Of a stretch of DNA of 64,000 bases, positions 1 through 10,088 are shown piece after piece (position 1 is the first letter of the stretch; every line of letters begins with the position of its first letter). A program made the position numbers and the translations under genes. The notes beneath the pieces were generated by a model that was given only the letters and a program-made list of their open reading frames with translations, made no database searches and had not been told where the DNA came from. Source of the stretch: a virus; IMG/VR virus record IMGVR_UViG_3300002350_000001; one strand, 5' to 3'.

Positions 1-3000
1 GAGGACATCATTTGCGTGTCAAATCTTCCTCCGCCAGCACCTCCACTACCGCCAACTGTTACTGGAAGATTTCCTATATTTGCATTCTTAGCATATAGCT
101 CATTTGCTTCTGCAAGAGCAGCATCTGCCTCTGCTTTCTTTCTTAATAGTTCATCAAACTTCCACCATTGACCAGAATTTGCTGCATCATCAAATGCATT
201 TGCTGCATTTTCTGCAGATAGCAATGCTGCATCCAATAACTCTGCTGATTCAATAAGAGCATCTAGTGCTGCTGCTGCATCTGCCTCTGCTGCTGCTATT
301 ACAGACGCATCGTTTCCATCAACAACTAAATCACCGTTGTCATCAATTTCTGTGTTTCCGCCTATTACAATATTACTTTTAATTTTACCCTTAATACTAT
401 TAAATGCTGCAACAATTCCATCAACAATACTTTTCATTGTTGCAAGCTCACCCATATTTATTTCTTTTAAGGCAAGCTCATATGCATCAAGAGCAAGCCC
501 AGTTGCTTCCCATGATAATCTTTCTTTATCTATTGCATCTATTTTTGCATCTAGGATTGCTTGATGCTTATCTACCTGTGCTTGCAAATCATCTAAACGA
601 TTTTGAGCATTAGCCAAATCTTTAGTTCTATAATCATCAATAGCTTTTTCATGACCACGGATTGCAAGAATAAGACCCTCTCTTGCTTCTTGCTTTAAAT
701 AAAGGCTGTCTTCAAGCTTAACAATTTCTTCTTGATTTTTCTTTTTTGCTTGCTCAAGATTAAATGATTTTTGACTAATCTGAAACTGCTCTTCTTCAAT
801 TTGCTTTCTTGTCATCCCAGATGCAGATACTAAAGATCCCAATTCTTGTTGTCTTGCAGCATTTATCAAATTACCCGACTGTTGTGCTGCAGCACTTGCT
901 GCTTGAGATCTCATTTCTTGTGCAGCTTTTGCTGCAGAAGCAATATCTCCTTGACTTAAAGCGCTAGCAAGATCAAGCTGTCCCTTTTGCTGATTAATAA
1001 TATCTTGATTGATTTGAGAAACTTGCTCTAATGCCTTTGCTTGTGCATCATACTTCTCATTAATTTTATCCGCAGCACGATCCATTAACTCAAGATCATT
1101 AGATAAAATTGTAGATCTACCTGATAACGCAGATAAAGGTCTATCATATACTTCTTCAATAGTTCTTTGCATATCGTTAATTTCTTCTTGCAAGTCTGCC
1201 ATTGGTATATCAAATTCATATTTAACCTTTAAGTTAATAGCATCAATCTTATCTTGCTCTTCTTGAATCTTTTTATTAATATCATCAATATCCTTTTGCG
1301 CTACCTTAATTTTTAATCTTATATCAAAGGTGTCTGTGTCAAACTTGTTTTGAGCCTGTGCTGCCTGAAGATCAAGAACCTCTTTATTAAATGTAATTGC
1401 TTCTCGTGCTTTCTCCTGCATTGTTTTTTGTTGTTCAGCTTGTTTCTTTAAAAGTCCTAAATATTTTTCTGTTTTAGCAATAATTTCATCAATACCTTGT
1501 CCAGTTACAACAGCCATTACATATGCTTGGTTCTTTAATATTTCTAAAATAGTTTGTTCATCTATTTGTTTGTTTTTCAAAATATCATATGCTTTTGCTT
1601 GGTTTTCTAATGAATCAATTTGATTATCTAATGATGTTAAAGCTTCATCTTTCTTTAAAGCTATTGTCTCTTTTATTTTTTCATTTAATTTAGTTCTTTC
1701 ATCAATTGAAAGAGACAAAAATCCTTGGTCTGCAATCATTGCAACCATAGTCTCATCTTGCAAAATTCTTTCAATTTCCATGCGGTTATAACCCTGCTTG
1801 ACTAATATCTTGTATGCATCAACTTGTCTTTTTATTCCAGCATTTTCTTCATCTATTTTCTTAATAAGTTCAGCAGCAGCAAGACTTCTTAGGCCAGCGT
1901 TGATGATTCTGAAGTCATTATTTATTCCCTTTACGTTGCCACCCTTTCCAAGTATTAAAAAGTCTTTCGCAAAATTCTTAAATTCATCTGCGCTAAATCC
2001 TTCAATAATGCCCATAAACTCTTCACTAAGAACAATTCCAGTGTCTTTTGCAGATTTTCTTATAGCATCAAGTGCACCCTTTTGATATTGCAATACTGGA
2101 TTAACAGTATCCGAAGTTTTTTCTCCATAGAATTTTCTTAATTCTTTAAGAGGTGACAGCGCATCAAAGCTGCTTTCTTTAAGAAGCTTTAGTCTTTGTC
2201 CAATATCTTGTAGCCAAGACCCCTTAGATCCACCCTCTTTGCTCTCTGCAGGGACTGCTCCTGGCACTTTAGATGTATCTGTTGGATCATATCCAAATAT
2301 TTCAGTAAGAGCTTTTGCTTCTGCATTCTTTCTAATAGCAGATCCTTCTTTAGCATTTGTCTGTAACCATCTAGAGTATCTTTCTGCATATTGAGGAATA
2401 ATTGATTTATCGCTAGTTGCTTTTTGATAAGCTGCTTCTAGTTCTCTGCTAACAACACTTTCAAATGAATCTGATGTTTTTAAAGTTGTTAGTGTAAATA
2501 CTGCTTGGAACCTTAGCTCCTTTGGAAGTTTAGATATAACATCCCATTGATCAATAGCATTTTGTAATGTAGTTGGAACTGCCTGTCCAGATTTAGTCAA
2601 ATCTTCTTTTACCTTAGTTAATACATCTAAGCTTATTTGTCCATCTGGTATTAATTTCTTAAGTAATCCAATTTCTTTTCCAAGCTTTAACATATCTTTA
2701 TAATCTTCTGGGTTAGTTTCCATGTCTAAAATTATGCCAATATACTTAGGAATTTTAATTAATTCTTCTATACCAGCAAGAGTAGCGTCTGCTTCTTCTT
2801 TATCTTTTCTTTGAATATCAAGAAATAGCTGTTTTCTATTTTTTTCGTTTGGAATAAATGTCATTATTGTTGAAAGGCGCTGTAATCCTTCAGTTCCTTG
2901 AACATCAATAAGTGCAGTTAATTGTTTTTCTGCTTTCTTGGTGTCTGAAGATAGATTTTGAACAACCATTGCTGCTTCTCTTGGAGTCAAAACATCAGAG

Positions 3001-6000
3001 TCTATTAGTGTTTGAATTTTGAGAGTAATTGCATCGCCTTCACCCCTACCAAATTTTCCTTCAAGTAAACTTGTTAGTGTTGTAAGATCTGCTGTTGCAG
3101 CTGCATTTCCTTTAAATTTTTCTTTTAATCCTATGTCAAATGACTCCATAAACTTTTCACGTAAAGCGCCACGTTCTGTACCACCAGGAATAAAAGTTTC
3201 CCAAAATGTTCTTTTATCTATTTGCTCAAATTGTGTGCCAACATCTCTTAAAATATCTCCTTGAGCTTTTCTAATATCTTTTCCGCCAGAAGCTCTTTGT
3301 GCTTCGAGATCTAAAATTCTTGATTCAATATCTGCACGTTCTTTTGCTGTTTTAGCTGCTTTCTTTTTTGCCTCTAGATTTTTAATGGCAATTCCTATTT
3401 CAACATTTAGTGCATCCAGTGCCTGTTGAGATGCCTTCATATTTTCAGATGCTATGCCCTGGAATAATCCTGCTGCTTTTCCAATTGCTTGTTTTTCTTT
3501 ACCTTGTTGGAATTTTCTTATTCCTAATTCAATACCACCAAAAATAATAGTTCCAAGAATTGCAGATGCCCATCCAGCAATTGGAACTGTTGCTGAAGCC
3601 TTAGAAGCAATGTTCATGGCACGAGCACCAGTTGCTATTTTACCTAATGCTCCAACCTTACCCGCAGCATCTCCAGCCATAGCAACATTCATTGCTCCGA
3701 CACCGTATGCTGCTGCTCCAGCAGCTGGTATAGCACCTAAAGCTAGTTGTCTGCCTTCTGCTCCACCAATTCCAACAATACCACTTCTTTGTTGTCCAAT
3801 AACATTCTGTAAATTTGCAAATGCGCCACGTTGCAATTCTTTATTGCTGGCAATGATGTCAAGCTGTACCTGTAATGGTTTTTCTAAAATGTTTTGTCCA
3901 TTTGGACCAATAAGCTCTGTCAGTCTGCTACGAACATCCAGCTCAAGCCTTGCATCTTTTAAATCTCTTGTTATAGCAATAGCAATAGACTCTGCCTGAA
4001 TTGCAGTTAAAACTCCCTGAGAAACTCCAGTAGCAAGCTGACCTACTAAAGATCTAGCACCAGCATCTACTCCAAGAGTAGCTACAGTTTGATCAAATGC
4101 TGCCTTAAGTTGCTTTCCATAATCAGAGTTGCTAATTATATTTTTACCAAAATCCATACTTACTGGAACAATTTCTGTTGTTCTTGATCTACGCTTTGCT
4201 TCTTCTTCTTGTGCTATTGAAACAGTACCAGTTATCTTGCCCAAAGCTTCAAGATTATCAGTAGTCATCATCATAGACTTGGCTTGTTTTTGTCCATCAA
4301 TAATAGATTTTTTTATTTGTGCTGATTGCAATTTAAACAGTGCTGTTATTCCAATAACACTAGCAATCATCATTTTTAATGGTGAATTAATCATTGGAAG
4401 CAATCCAGCAAAAACAGTAAGCGCCATAATGAGATTCATGTTTTGACCAGCAAAACTCTCTGGTTTGGCCATTCCATACATCATTGCCATAGAGCCAGCC
4501 ATGCTTGCTGCCATAGATGGCATCATTAAAGCATTTGTGCGTTGCATTCTTACATTTTGTCTATAATTTCTTTTTTCTGCGTAGCTTAATTTTCTTCCGC
4601 TTTCTGGATCAGTATCTGGAACTTTTCCATATCCCAACATTAATCCTGGGATACCTCTTGTTCTTGCTAATCTTCTTTCTTCCTGTGCTGTTTGTTTTGC
4701 TGTTTGAGTAGAAGATTTTGTAGCATCTGTATCACCTTGTACTGCTGCAGTATTTTTTTCTACTGAATCTTTTAAATCTGAAAATACTGGCATTGGAACT
4801 GTTCTGGCTGCAGATTTTGCTACTGCGTCAGCCAAGTTTTTTGTTTCAGATCCTGTAGCTCTAGACCCAATCTGTCTTGCTTTATTCTTAAGCTTATCTA
4901 AATTGCTTTCTTCAAACCCTGGAACCTGATCTGCCACAATAGATCTAATAAGTGGCATATACTTTTCACTTTGTCTTGCTGGAATTACAGCCTCTCCAGG
5001 AGACAACATTGCTGGCTGAATATCTCCTGCACCCTTTGGGCCAGGTACAGAGATAATTCCATTTGCCAAATTCATTGTCTTTGGCATTCTCTTCATCATT
5101 GCATTGTCTACAATAACAAAATCGTCATAAAACGATGGTTTTCTATTTATACGATATTGTAGTGCTGCTAACAAACCTTGCTGTCTTGCAGATAAATCTT
5201 GTCCTAAAGATTTTTTGTTTTGTCTTTTAAGAAGTAAACTGTTAATAATTTCTTGTGCTTGTACAGCATTTAATGGGTGTGCACCAGACACATTTCCCAT
5301 TTTAGTTCCAATAAGTGCTTTATTAAACCAGTCCCAGTCTCTAGCTATTTTATCTGGAGTCCATGATCCAGCTCTTTCTGTACCAACCTCTCTTATATGG
5401 CTTGGCGCAAGTCTTTTAGCCTCAAAGTTTAAAGTACTAAAAACTTCTGGTGATAAAACACGTCTTAAATATTCTTTTTCTTCTGTTTCTAAATAATTCT
5501 TTAACTTTAATAGATGTGGATTTTTTGATTTAAGAAGTAGATCATATCTTTTATTTGCTACATCTATACCTTGAGTTCTATTTCTTGCTTGTCCCCATTT
5601 TGGAAGTGTTTTATAAAACTCTGAGGGAGTAATTGTTCTTCCTTGGTGTGGTGCTCTTGGATTTTTACCACCGCCTGGTCTTTTTATTTGTTTAATAATT
5701 TCTGATAAAGTTTTACTTCCTTCACCAGATGAAACCATAAACTCTTGATGCTCTTTCATAGCACCTTGTAATTTTGGAAGACCGTCTTTCTTAATATAGA
5801 AAAAGGCATCTCCAGCCATAACTTTAATTAAACCATTAGACGATTCTTCAAATACAAGTCCAGGGATTTGTGGAATTAATGGTTTTGCATTTATAGATAA
5901 TCCTTTACGAGCAGCATCTCTTGCTGCATACCTTGCTTGTTGCGCTTCACGAAATGCTGCAGGTCCTGCTGATAATGGAACTCCTTTTCCAACAGTTGAT

Positions 6001-8192
6001 GCTGCTCCAAATGCTGGGAATAATCCTCCAGCAAAACCTGGAACCTTATCTTGAATAATTTGACTAATAAATCCAGAATATTTCTCTGATTGTTTTGCTG
6101 GAATGACTGCTTCTCCAGGGGAGAGCATTGATGGAACGATATCTCCTGCACCTCTTGGACCTGGCACTGAAGTAGTACCTGTTGCAAATCTTTTAGGAGG
6201 AACTCCTCTTCCAGGCATAAACAGACCTGGATTTTTTGAAGCAAAACCACCCATTGCAACATTTGCTTGATTGTATGTAGCAATAAGAGAAGCAAGAGCT
6301 TGCTGCTCTAATCTATAGGCTGCAGAAAGCTGTTCGTGTTTTGAGTACAAAGAATTTGTTACAGATATATTTTCTAATTCTTCATTAGTTAAGTATTGTG
6401 TTTTTAATGCAGCATCGGATGATCCGTATGCTAGTTGCTGATATCCTTTTCTTAAAAGGTTTACACCTTTAAGCCCATTAGCAAAAGCGTTAGCAATAAG
6501 ACCAAAAGTCATTAAGAATATTGGACCCAAACCTCCAATAATACCAACAATAACAGCAATAGCTTTTTTAACACCATCTGGAAGCTTGCTAAATTTTTCT
6601 GCAATTTTTCCAATATACTCAATTACTGGGGTTAAAACTTCTGCAAATAGCTGGCCAATAGGGGCAATTGCTTTCTTTAATCTTTCTACTGCTCCTGCTA
6701 ACTTGTTCATTGGAGAATCTGCTTGAACTTTTAATTCTCGCTCTGTTAGTATTGCTAACTCTTCTACAGATGCATTAGCAAGTTGTAAAACACGTGCAGC
6801 CTGAGAACCTTCTTTTGTTACGTTATTAAGAAGTGCCGAAATTCTAGCAAACTGATATTTACCAAATATTTGTTCAATAATTCTTGATTTTTGTAAATCT
6901 GTAAGTGGTTGTAATGACTTTGCAAAAGCCATAATTATATTTCGTAAGTTTCCAGCATTTTCTTCTACAATGCCTTTTAAATTAATGCCAAGCTCTGCTG
7001 CACTAGCAGATGCTTTTTTGCTAGGATTAATTAAAGATGCAAGACCTGACTTAAGTGCGTTAGCTCCTTGTGCAGCACTAATACCACCTTCTTGCATGGC
7101 TGCCATAAAGAATGCAAGATCTTTAACATCTCCACCTAATTGCTGAACAACTGGAGCAACACGTGGAATAGCTTCTGTTAAATCTTCAAGAGCAACAACG
7201 GTTTGGTTTTCAACTGCGTTTAAAAAATCTATTGTTCCAGAGAGTTTGCTCTCATCAATCTGAAATGCATTTCTAAGAGCAATCGTAGTTTCAAGTGCTT
7301 TTTCTTGTGCAACTCCTCCAAGAACCGCAAGCTTGTTAGTTTGTTCTACTAAGTTTTCTAAACCTTTACCACTAAAGCCAGCAGCGGCTGCCTCAGCAGC
7401 CATTCCAATAGTGTCTGCTACCTTTAATCCATACTTAGTATACTCATCAGCAAGTGCACGAATATTTTTTAACGCCTGATCCGTTGCTCCCTGATCTGTA
7501 AAAATATCACCATAAACCTTTTTAAATCTAATTACTTGGGTTTCAATTTCTTTAAAAGTTTTTACTGCCTGTGCACCAAAAAGCATAAGAGGAATAGTAA
7601 AACCAACCATAAGTTGGCGACCAGCCCACTGTGTATTTTTACCAAAATTTAAAAGTTTTGTTGCGCCGTCATCAAGAAGCTTATTAAATATTTGTTGACG
7701 CTGAACAGCCATCATTAGCTGTGTTGTTACGTCTTTATAATTTAAAGCTTTTGGTGTAAATTTAAGAGCATTCATTGCTCCTTGGGCATCACGCCCTAAC
7801 TGTACATACTGCTGCTGTAATACTTTAACACGTTTTTCAACAAGCTTTCCTACAGTATCAAATTCATTACCAAAAAGTCTTCCAAATGTTTTTGTAGATG
7901 CCATTCCATAGCGGAAATACTCTTTGAGAGAAAGCTTAGATTTATCAAGAGAAGATGCAAATTGCTCACTAGCAGTTCTCATTCTGCCAACAGAAGCAGT
8001 CCATTGGCCTGTTGCATTTACATTATGAAGTAATGATTGTGCATATTTTGATTGAGCTTGTGATGCAGTTTTTGTTCCAACTACAAGAGCACGGTTAAGG
8101 GCAGTTAATTCTTTCTCAAGGGCACGAAGTTGTGCCATAGCCTGAGTTGTATCAATATTAATAAAAATATTGCTATTAACATCTCCTGCCAT
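1..8192 (-). CDS. Tail tape measure protein, >2,730 aa, 3' end outside the window
   Basis: ATG at 8192 (MAGDVNSNIFINIDTTQAMAQLRALEKEL) behind an AGGAG RBS. The same frame is open wherever I translated it (8192 start, 6190-4900, and 60-1: TVGGSGGAGGGRFDTQMMS). It carries a TP901-type TMP core (GRQLMVGFTIPL...LAVLGGV...FLNAVENQTVVALEDLTEAIPRVAPVVQQLGGDVKDLAFFMAAMQEGGISAAQGANALKSGL) and follows the tail tube and chaperone genes. It is absent from the ORF track, consistent with no stop in the window. Confidence 0.93.
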   Translation of the reverse strand, partial: MAGDVNSNIFINIDTTQAMAQLRALEKELTALNRALVVGTKTASQAQSKYAQSLLHNVNATGQWTASVGRMRTASEQFASSLDKSKLSLKEYFRYGMASTKTFGRLFGNEFDTVGKLVEKRVKVLQQQYVQLGRDAQGAMNALKFTPKALNYKDVTTQLMMAVQRQQIFNKLLDDGATKLLNFGKNTQWAGRQLMVGFTIPLMLFGAQAVKTFKEIETQVIRFKKVYGDIFTDQGATDQALKNIRALADEYTKYGLKVADTIGMAAEAAAAGFSGKGLENLVEQTNKLAVLGGVAQEKALETTIALRNAFQIDESKLSGTIDFLNAVENQTVVALEDLTEAIPRVAPVVQQLGGDVKDLAFFMAAMQEGGISAAQGANALKSGLASLINPSKKASASAAELGINLKGIVEENAGNLRNIIMAFAKSLQPLTDLQKSRIIEQIFGKYQFARISALLNNVTKEGSQAARVLQLANASVEELAILTERELKVQADSPMNKLAGAVERLKKAIAPIGQLFAEVLTPVIEYIGKIAEKFSKLPDGVKKAIAVIVGIIGGLGPIFLMTFGLIANAFANGLKGVNLLRKGYQQLAYGSSDAALKTQYLTNEELENISVTNSLYSKHEQLSAAYRLEQQALASLIATYNQANVAMGGFASKNPGLFMPGRGVPPKRFATGTTSVPGPRGAGDIVPSMLSPGEAVIPAKQSEKYSGFISQIIQDKVPGFAGGLFPAFGAASTVGKGVPLSAGPAAFREAQQARYAARDAARKGLSINAKPLIPQIPGLVFEESSNGLIKVMAGDAFFYIKKDGLPKLQGAMKEHQEFMVSSGEGSKTLSEIIKQIKRPGGGKNPRAPHQGRTITPSEFYKTLPKWGQARNRTQGIDVANKRYDLLLKSKNPHLLKLKNYLETEEKEYLRRVLSPEVFSTLNFEAKRLAPSHIREVGTERAGSWTPDKIARDWDWFNKALIGTKMGNVSGAHPLNAVQAQEIINSLLLKRQNKKSLGQDLSARQQGLLAALQYRINRKPSFYDDFVIVDNAMMKRMPKTMNLANGIISVPGPKGAGDIQPAMLSPGEAVIPARQSEKYMPLIRSIVADQVPGFEESNLDKLKNKARQIGSRATGSETKNLADAVAKSAARTVPMPVFSDLKDSVEKNTAAVQGDTDATKSSTQTAKQTAQEERRLARTRGIPGLMLGYGKVPDTDPESGRKLSYAEKRNYRQNVRMQRTNALMMPSMAASMAGSMAMMYGMAKPESFAGQNMNLIMALTVFAGLLPMINSPLKMMIASVIGITALFKLQSAQIKKSIIDGQKQAKSMMMTTDNLEALGKITGTVSIAQEEEAKRRSRTTEIVPVSMDFGKNIISNSDYGKQLKAAFDQTVATLGVDAGARSLVGQLATGVSQGVLTAIQAESIAIAITRDLKDARLELDVRSRLTELIGPNGQNILEKPLQVQLDIIASNKELQRGAFANLQNVIGQQRSGIVGIGGAEGRQLALGAIPAAGAAAYGVGAMNVAMAGDAAGKVGALGKIATGARAMNIASKASATVPIAGWASAILGTIIFGGIELGIRKFQQGKEKQAIGKAAGLFQGIASENMKASQQALDALNVEIGIAIKNLEAKKKAAKTAKERADIESRILDLEAQRASGGKDIRKAQGDILRDVGTQFEQIDKRTFWETFIPGGTERGALREKFMESFDIGLKEKFKGNAAATADLTTLTSLLEGKFGRGEGDAITLKIQTLIDSDVLTPREAAMVVQNLSSDTKKAEKQLTALIDVQGTEGLQRLSTIMTFIPNEKNRKQLFLDIQRKDKEEADATLAGIEELIKIPKYIGIILDMETNPEDYKDMLKLGKEIGLLKKLIPDGQISLDVLTKVKEDLTKSGQAVPTTLQNAIDQWDVISKLPKELRFQAVFTLTTLKTSDSFESVVSRELEAAYQKATSDKSIIPQYAERYSRWLQTNAKEGSAIRKNAEAKALTEIFGYDPTDTSKVPGAVPAESKEGGSKGSWLQDIGQRLKLLKESSFDALSPLKELRKFYGEKTSDTVNPVLQYQKGALDAIRKSAKDTGIVLSEEFMGIIEGFSADEFKNFAKDFLILGKGGNVKGINNDFRIINAGLRSLAAAELIKKIDEENAGIKRQVDAYKILVKQGYNRMEIERILQDETMVAMIADQGFLSLSIDERTKLNEKIKETIALKKDEALTSLDNQIDSLENQAKAYDILKNKQIDEQTILEILKNQAYVMAVVTGQGIDEIIAKTEKYLGLLKKQAEQQKTMQEKAREAITFNKEVLDLQAAQAQNKFDTDTFDIRLKIKVAQKDIDDINKKIQEEQDKIDAINLKVKYEFDIPMADLQEEINDMQRTIEEVYDRPLSALSGRSTILSNDLELMDRAADKINEKYDAQAKALEQVSQINQDIINQQKGQLDLASALSQGDIASAAKAAQEMRSQAASAAAQQSGNLINAARQQELGSLVSASGMTRKQIEEEQFQISQKSFNLEQAKKKNQEEIVKLEDSLYLKQEAREGLILAIRGHEKAIDDYRTKDLANAQNRLDDLQAQVDKHQAILDAKIDAIDKERLSWEATGLALDAYELALKEINMGELATMKSIVDGIVAAFNSIKGKIKSNIVIGGNTEIDDNGDLVVDGNDASVIAAAEADAAAALDALIESAELLDAALLSAENAANAFDDAANSGQWWKFDELLRKKAEADAALAEANELYAKNANIGNLPVTVGGSGGAGGGRFDTQMMS

Positions 8193-8217
8193 TAACCGTT
8201 ACTCCTATATTAACTTA

Positions 8218-8544
8218 TTACTGCTCTGATGCCAAAGCTAGAAGAGCTGAGTCTGAAAGGTTAATTCCAGAAGCTGCTTCTATAATTTGATAAACTGTTG
8301 GTAAGTCAATAACTTCCTCAAGCTTATCTGTGTCATCCCCCAAATCTGGCTTGTACTGTTGCATTGCAATCTGTACACATTCCATTAGCAGTGTCATAGA
8401 CTTATCATTGTCATTTTGAACTGCACCAAGACCTTCAAACTTCTTCATAAACTGACGAAGAAGAGAGATTTTCAGTGGTCTTACCTTGATTTTGGTTCCG
8501 TCAATAAGGGTAATTATTTTTTCCTCATGCACGGTTGTAGCCAT
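8218..8544 (-). CDS. Tail assembly chaperone, short form (108 aa)
   Basis: Lies between the tail tube and TMP genes; AGGAGG RBS; paralog of the N-terminal half of 8589..9308 (LIDGTxIxxxPLKIxxLRxFM; LEExIDLP). Confidence 0.75.
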   Translation of the reverse strand: MATTVHEEKIITLIDGTKIKVRPLKISLLRQFMKKFEGLGAVQNDNDKSMTLLMECVQIAMQQYKPDLGDDTDKLEEVIDLPTVYQIIEAASGINLSDSALLALASEQ

Positions 8545-8588
8545 TGATCCTCCTTATATATAAGTATGTTAATTATAGCACGAATAGG

Positions 8589-9308
8589 CTAATTTTTCAT
8601 AAGGCCTGGGTCTCTTGCATCCTCATATTCAAGACCCATTCCAATTCCAAATCCTGCTTTTTTAGCATTTTGTCCTTGCAAAGCTAATACATCATTACTA
8701 TCTGTAGTCTGACCCTTGCTAAATACCCTGGCTTTTAGGTCTTCCCATTCTTTTTGACCACGTTCTTTCCCAGACTCTTTATCTAAGTCCACACCTTGAA
8801 TTGCTGCTAAAAATTTTTTTTCTTGATAATCTAAATCTCTCAAAGATGAAAGCGTAGCAAGTAGCTCTGGCATTGATATATTTTTTTCTAATTCTTCATA
8901 ATCTTTCCAAATACCAAGCAAAAATATTTCTGACTCTAGCCGTGCTAAGTCTAAATCATCCCATGTTTGTCCAGATGCTTCTTTGTTAATAGCCTGCTCT
9001 TTTAATGTTTTGTCAGAGTCTTGTTCTATTTTTAATGTTCCAGAGGTATTTACTAATTTGTATAAATTTGGAAGATCAATTAGCTCTTCTAAATCATCTA
9101 TAGTTTTTATTTGTGGATAAAACTGTTGGCAGGCAACAATGCCACATAAAGAAAGCCAGGACAGACTTTCTATCTCATTTTCGGCATTTTTTATTTGATT
9201 AAAAAATTCCATAAAGCGTCTAAGATATTTAATTTTTAATGGTGATATTTCTATCTCAGTTCCATCAATTAAATAAATATAATCATAGTTATATACCTGT
9301 GTTGCCAT
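8589..9308 (-). CDS. Tail assembly chaperone, long form (239 aa; chaperone domain plus C-terminal extension)
   Basis: Position next to the tail tube gene; N-terminus paralogous to 8218..8544; C-terminal part (WDDLDLARLESEIFLLGIWKDYEELEKNISMPEL) occupies the place of a gpT-like extension. Confidence 0.7.
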   Translation of the reverse strand: MATQVYNYDYIYLIDGTEIEISPLKIKYLRRFMEFFNQIKNAENEIESLSWLSLCGIVACQQFYPQIKTIDDLEELIDLPNLYKLVNTSGTLKIEQDSDKTLKEQAINKEASGQTWDDLDLARLESEIFLLGIWKDYEELEKNISMPELLATLSSLRDLDYQEKKFLAAIQGVDLDKESGKERGQKEWEDLKARVFSKGQTTDSNDVLALQGQNAKKAGFGIGMGLEYEDARDPGLMKN

Positions 9309-9332
9309 TTTATCTATTCTATCATAACAACA

Positions 9333-9358
9333 AAGCCCACCCCCGAAGGGATGGGCTT
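9333..9358 (-). terminator. Intrinsic terminator after the tail tube gene
   Basis: Minus strand AAGCCCATCCC-TTCG-GGGGTGGGCTT followed by TGTTGTT. Confidence 0.75.
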
Positions 9359-9378
9359 GTTATTAATCTAAAATTAGA

Positions 9379-10014
9379 TTATGATGCTGGAGCCCAAGTA
9401 CGATCTACGATCTTACCATATGACCCAGATGTGTCTTCTGGAAGAAGACGGAATGAAACCTCGAACATTGATGCTTCGTCACGCTTTGCAGATACAGTCA
9501 CATTCTCAATTGAGAGTGCACGGTATGCTGAATAAACACGCTCAACATATGCGGAGTCTTCGCAGTCTCCAGTTCCAGGTCCAACAGCAACAATACCACG
9601 CTCTACTGGGCACTCACCAATATCTCCTGCGGAGAGATTAAGTGTTTGTCCATTAGAAGATGACTTTGTTCCTGTAAGTTCATCTGAGCTAAAAGCAAGA
9701 GCCAATAGAAGGTTCTCAAGTGTAGCTTCAGCAAAAGCAGTAGCAAGATTTACTTGCATACCCTGCTTGTATAGTTTAGCAACGTCAAGAATCTGGTCAA
9801 CCTGTACTTCACCGAAGTCTGGTTGGAACTGCAATTCAAGACCGTTCATGGTATAACCTACGTTTGTATAAGCTGCATCATCAGAAAGGGTATCCTTAAA
9901 AGACTCAGAACTTACGAACGGCTCCAGTGTACCTGGAGTAAGGGTTGTATCTGCTACGAAAAGTGCAGCAGCACCAACGATAATGTTGGTCGACGTACCA
10001 CGAGTATATGCCAT
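9379..10014 (-). CDS. Major tail tube protein (211 aa)
   Basis: Siphovirus tube pattern NVGYTMNGLELQFQPDFGEVQVDQ...V.AKRDEASMFEVSFRLLP; GAGGTG RBS; own terminator; upstream of chaperones and TMP. Confidence 0.85.
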   Translation of the reverse strand: MAYTRGTSTNIIVGAAALFVADTTLTPGTLEPFVSSESFKDTLSDDAAYTNVGYTMNGLELQFQPDFGEVQVDQILDVAKLYKQGMQVNLATAFAEATLENLLLALAFSSDELTGTKSSSNGQTLNLSAGDIGECPVERGIVAVGPGTGDCEDSAYVERVYSAYRALSIENVTVSAKRDEASMFEVSFRLLPEDTSGSYGKIVDRTWAPAS

Positions 10015-10088
10015 TTTTTCACCTCTACTTTCAATAGAATCTATATGAAGTTTTTGGCGGGTTTCCTCTCCTTAATTATAACATTGTT

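Noticed and set aside
337-6295. Track ORFs at 337, 404, 1798, 2189, 3019, 3454, 4129, 4517, 4971, 5215 and 5891
   Set aside because: These are antisense or alternate-frame shadows of the tape measure gene, with no RBS or promoter support.
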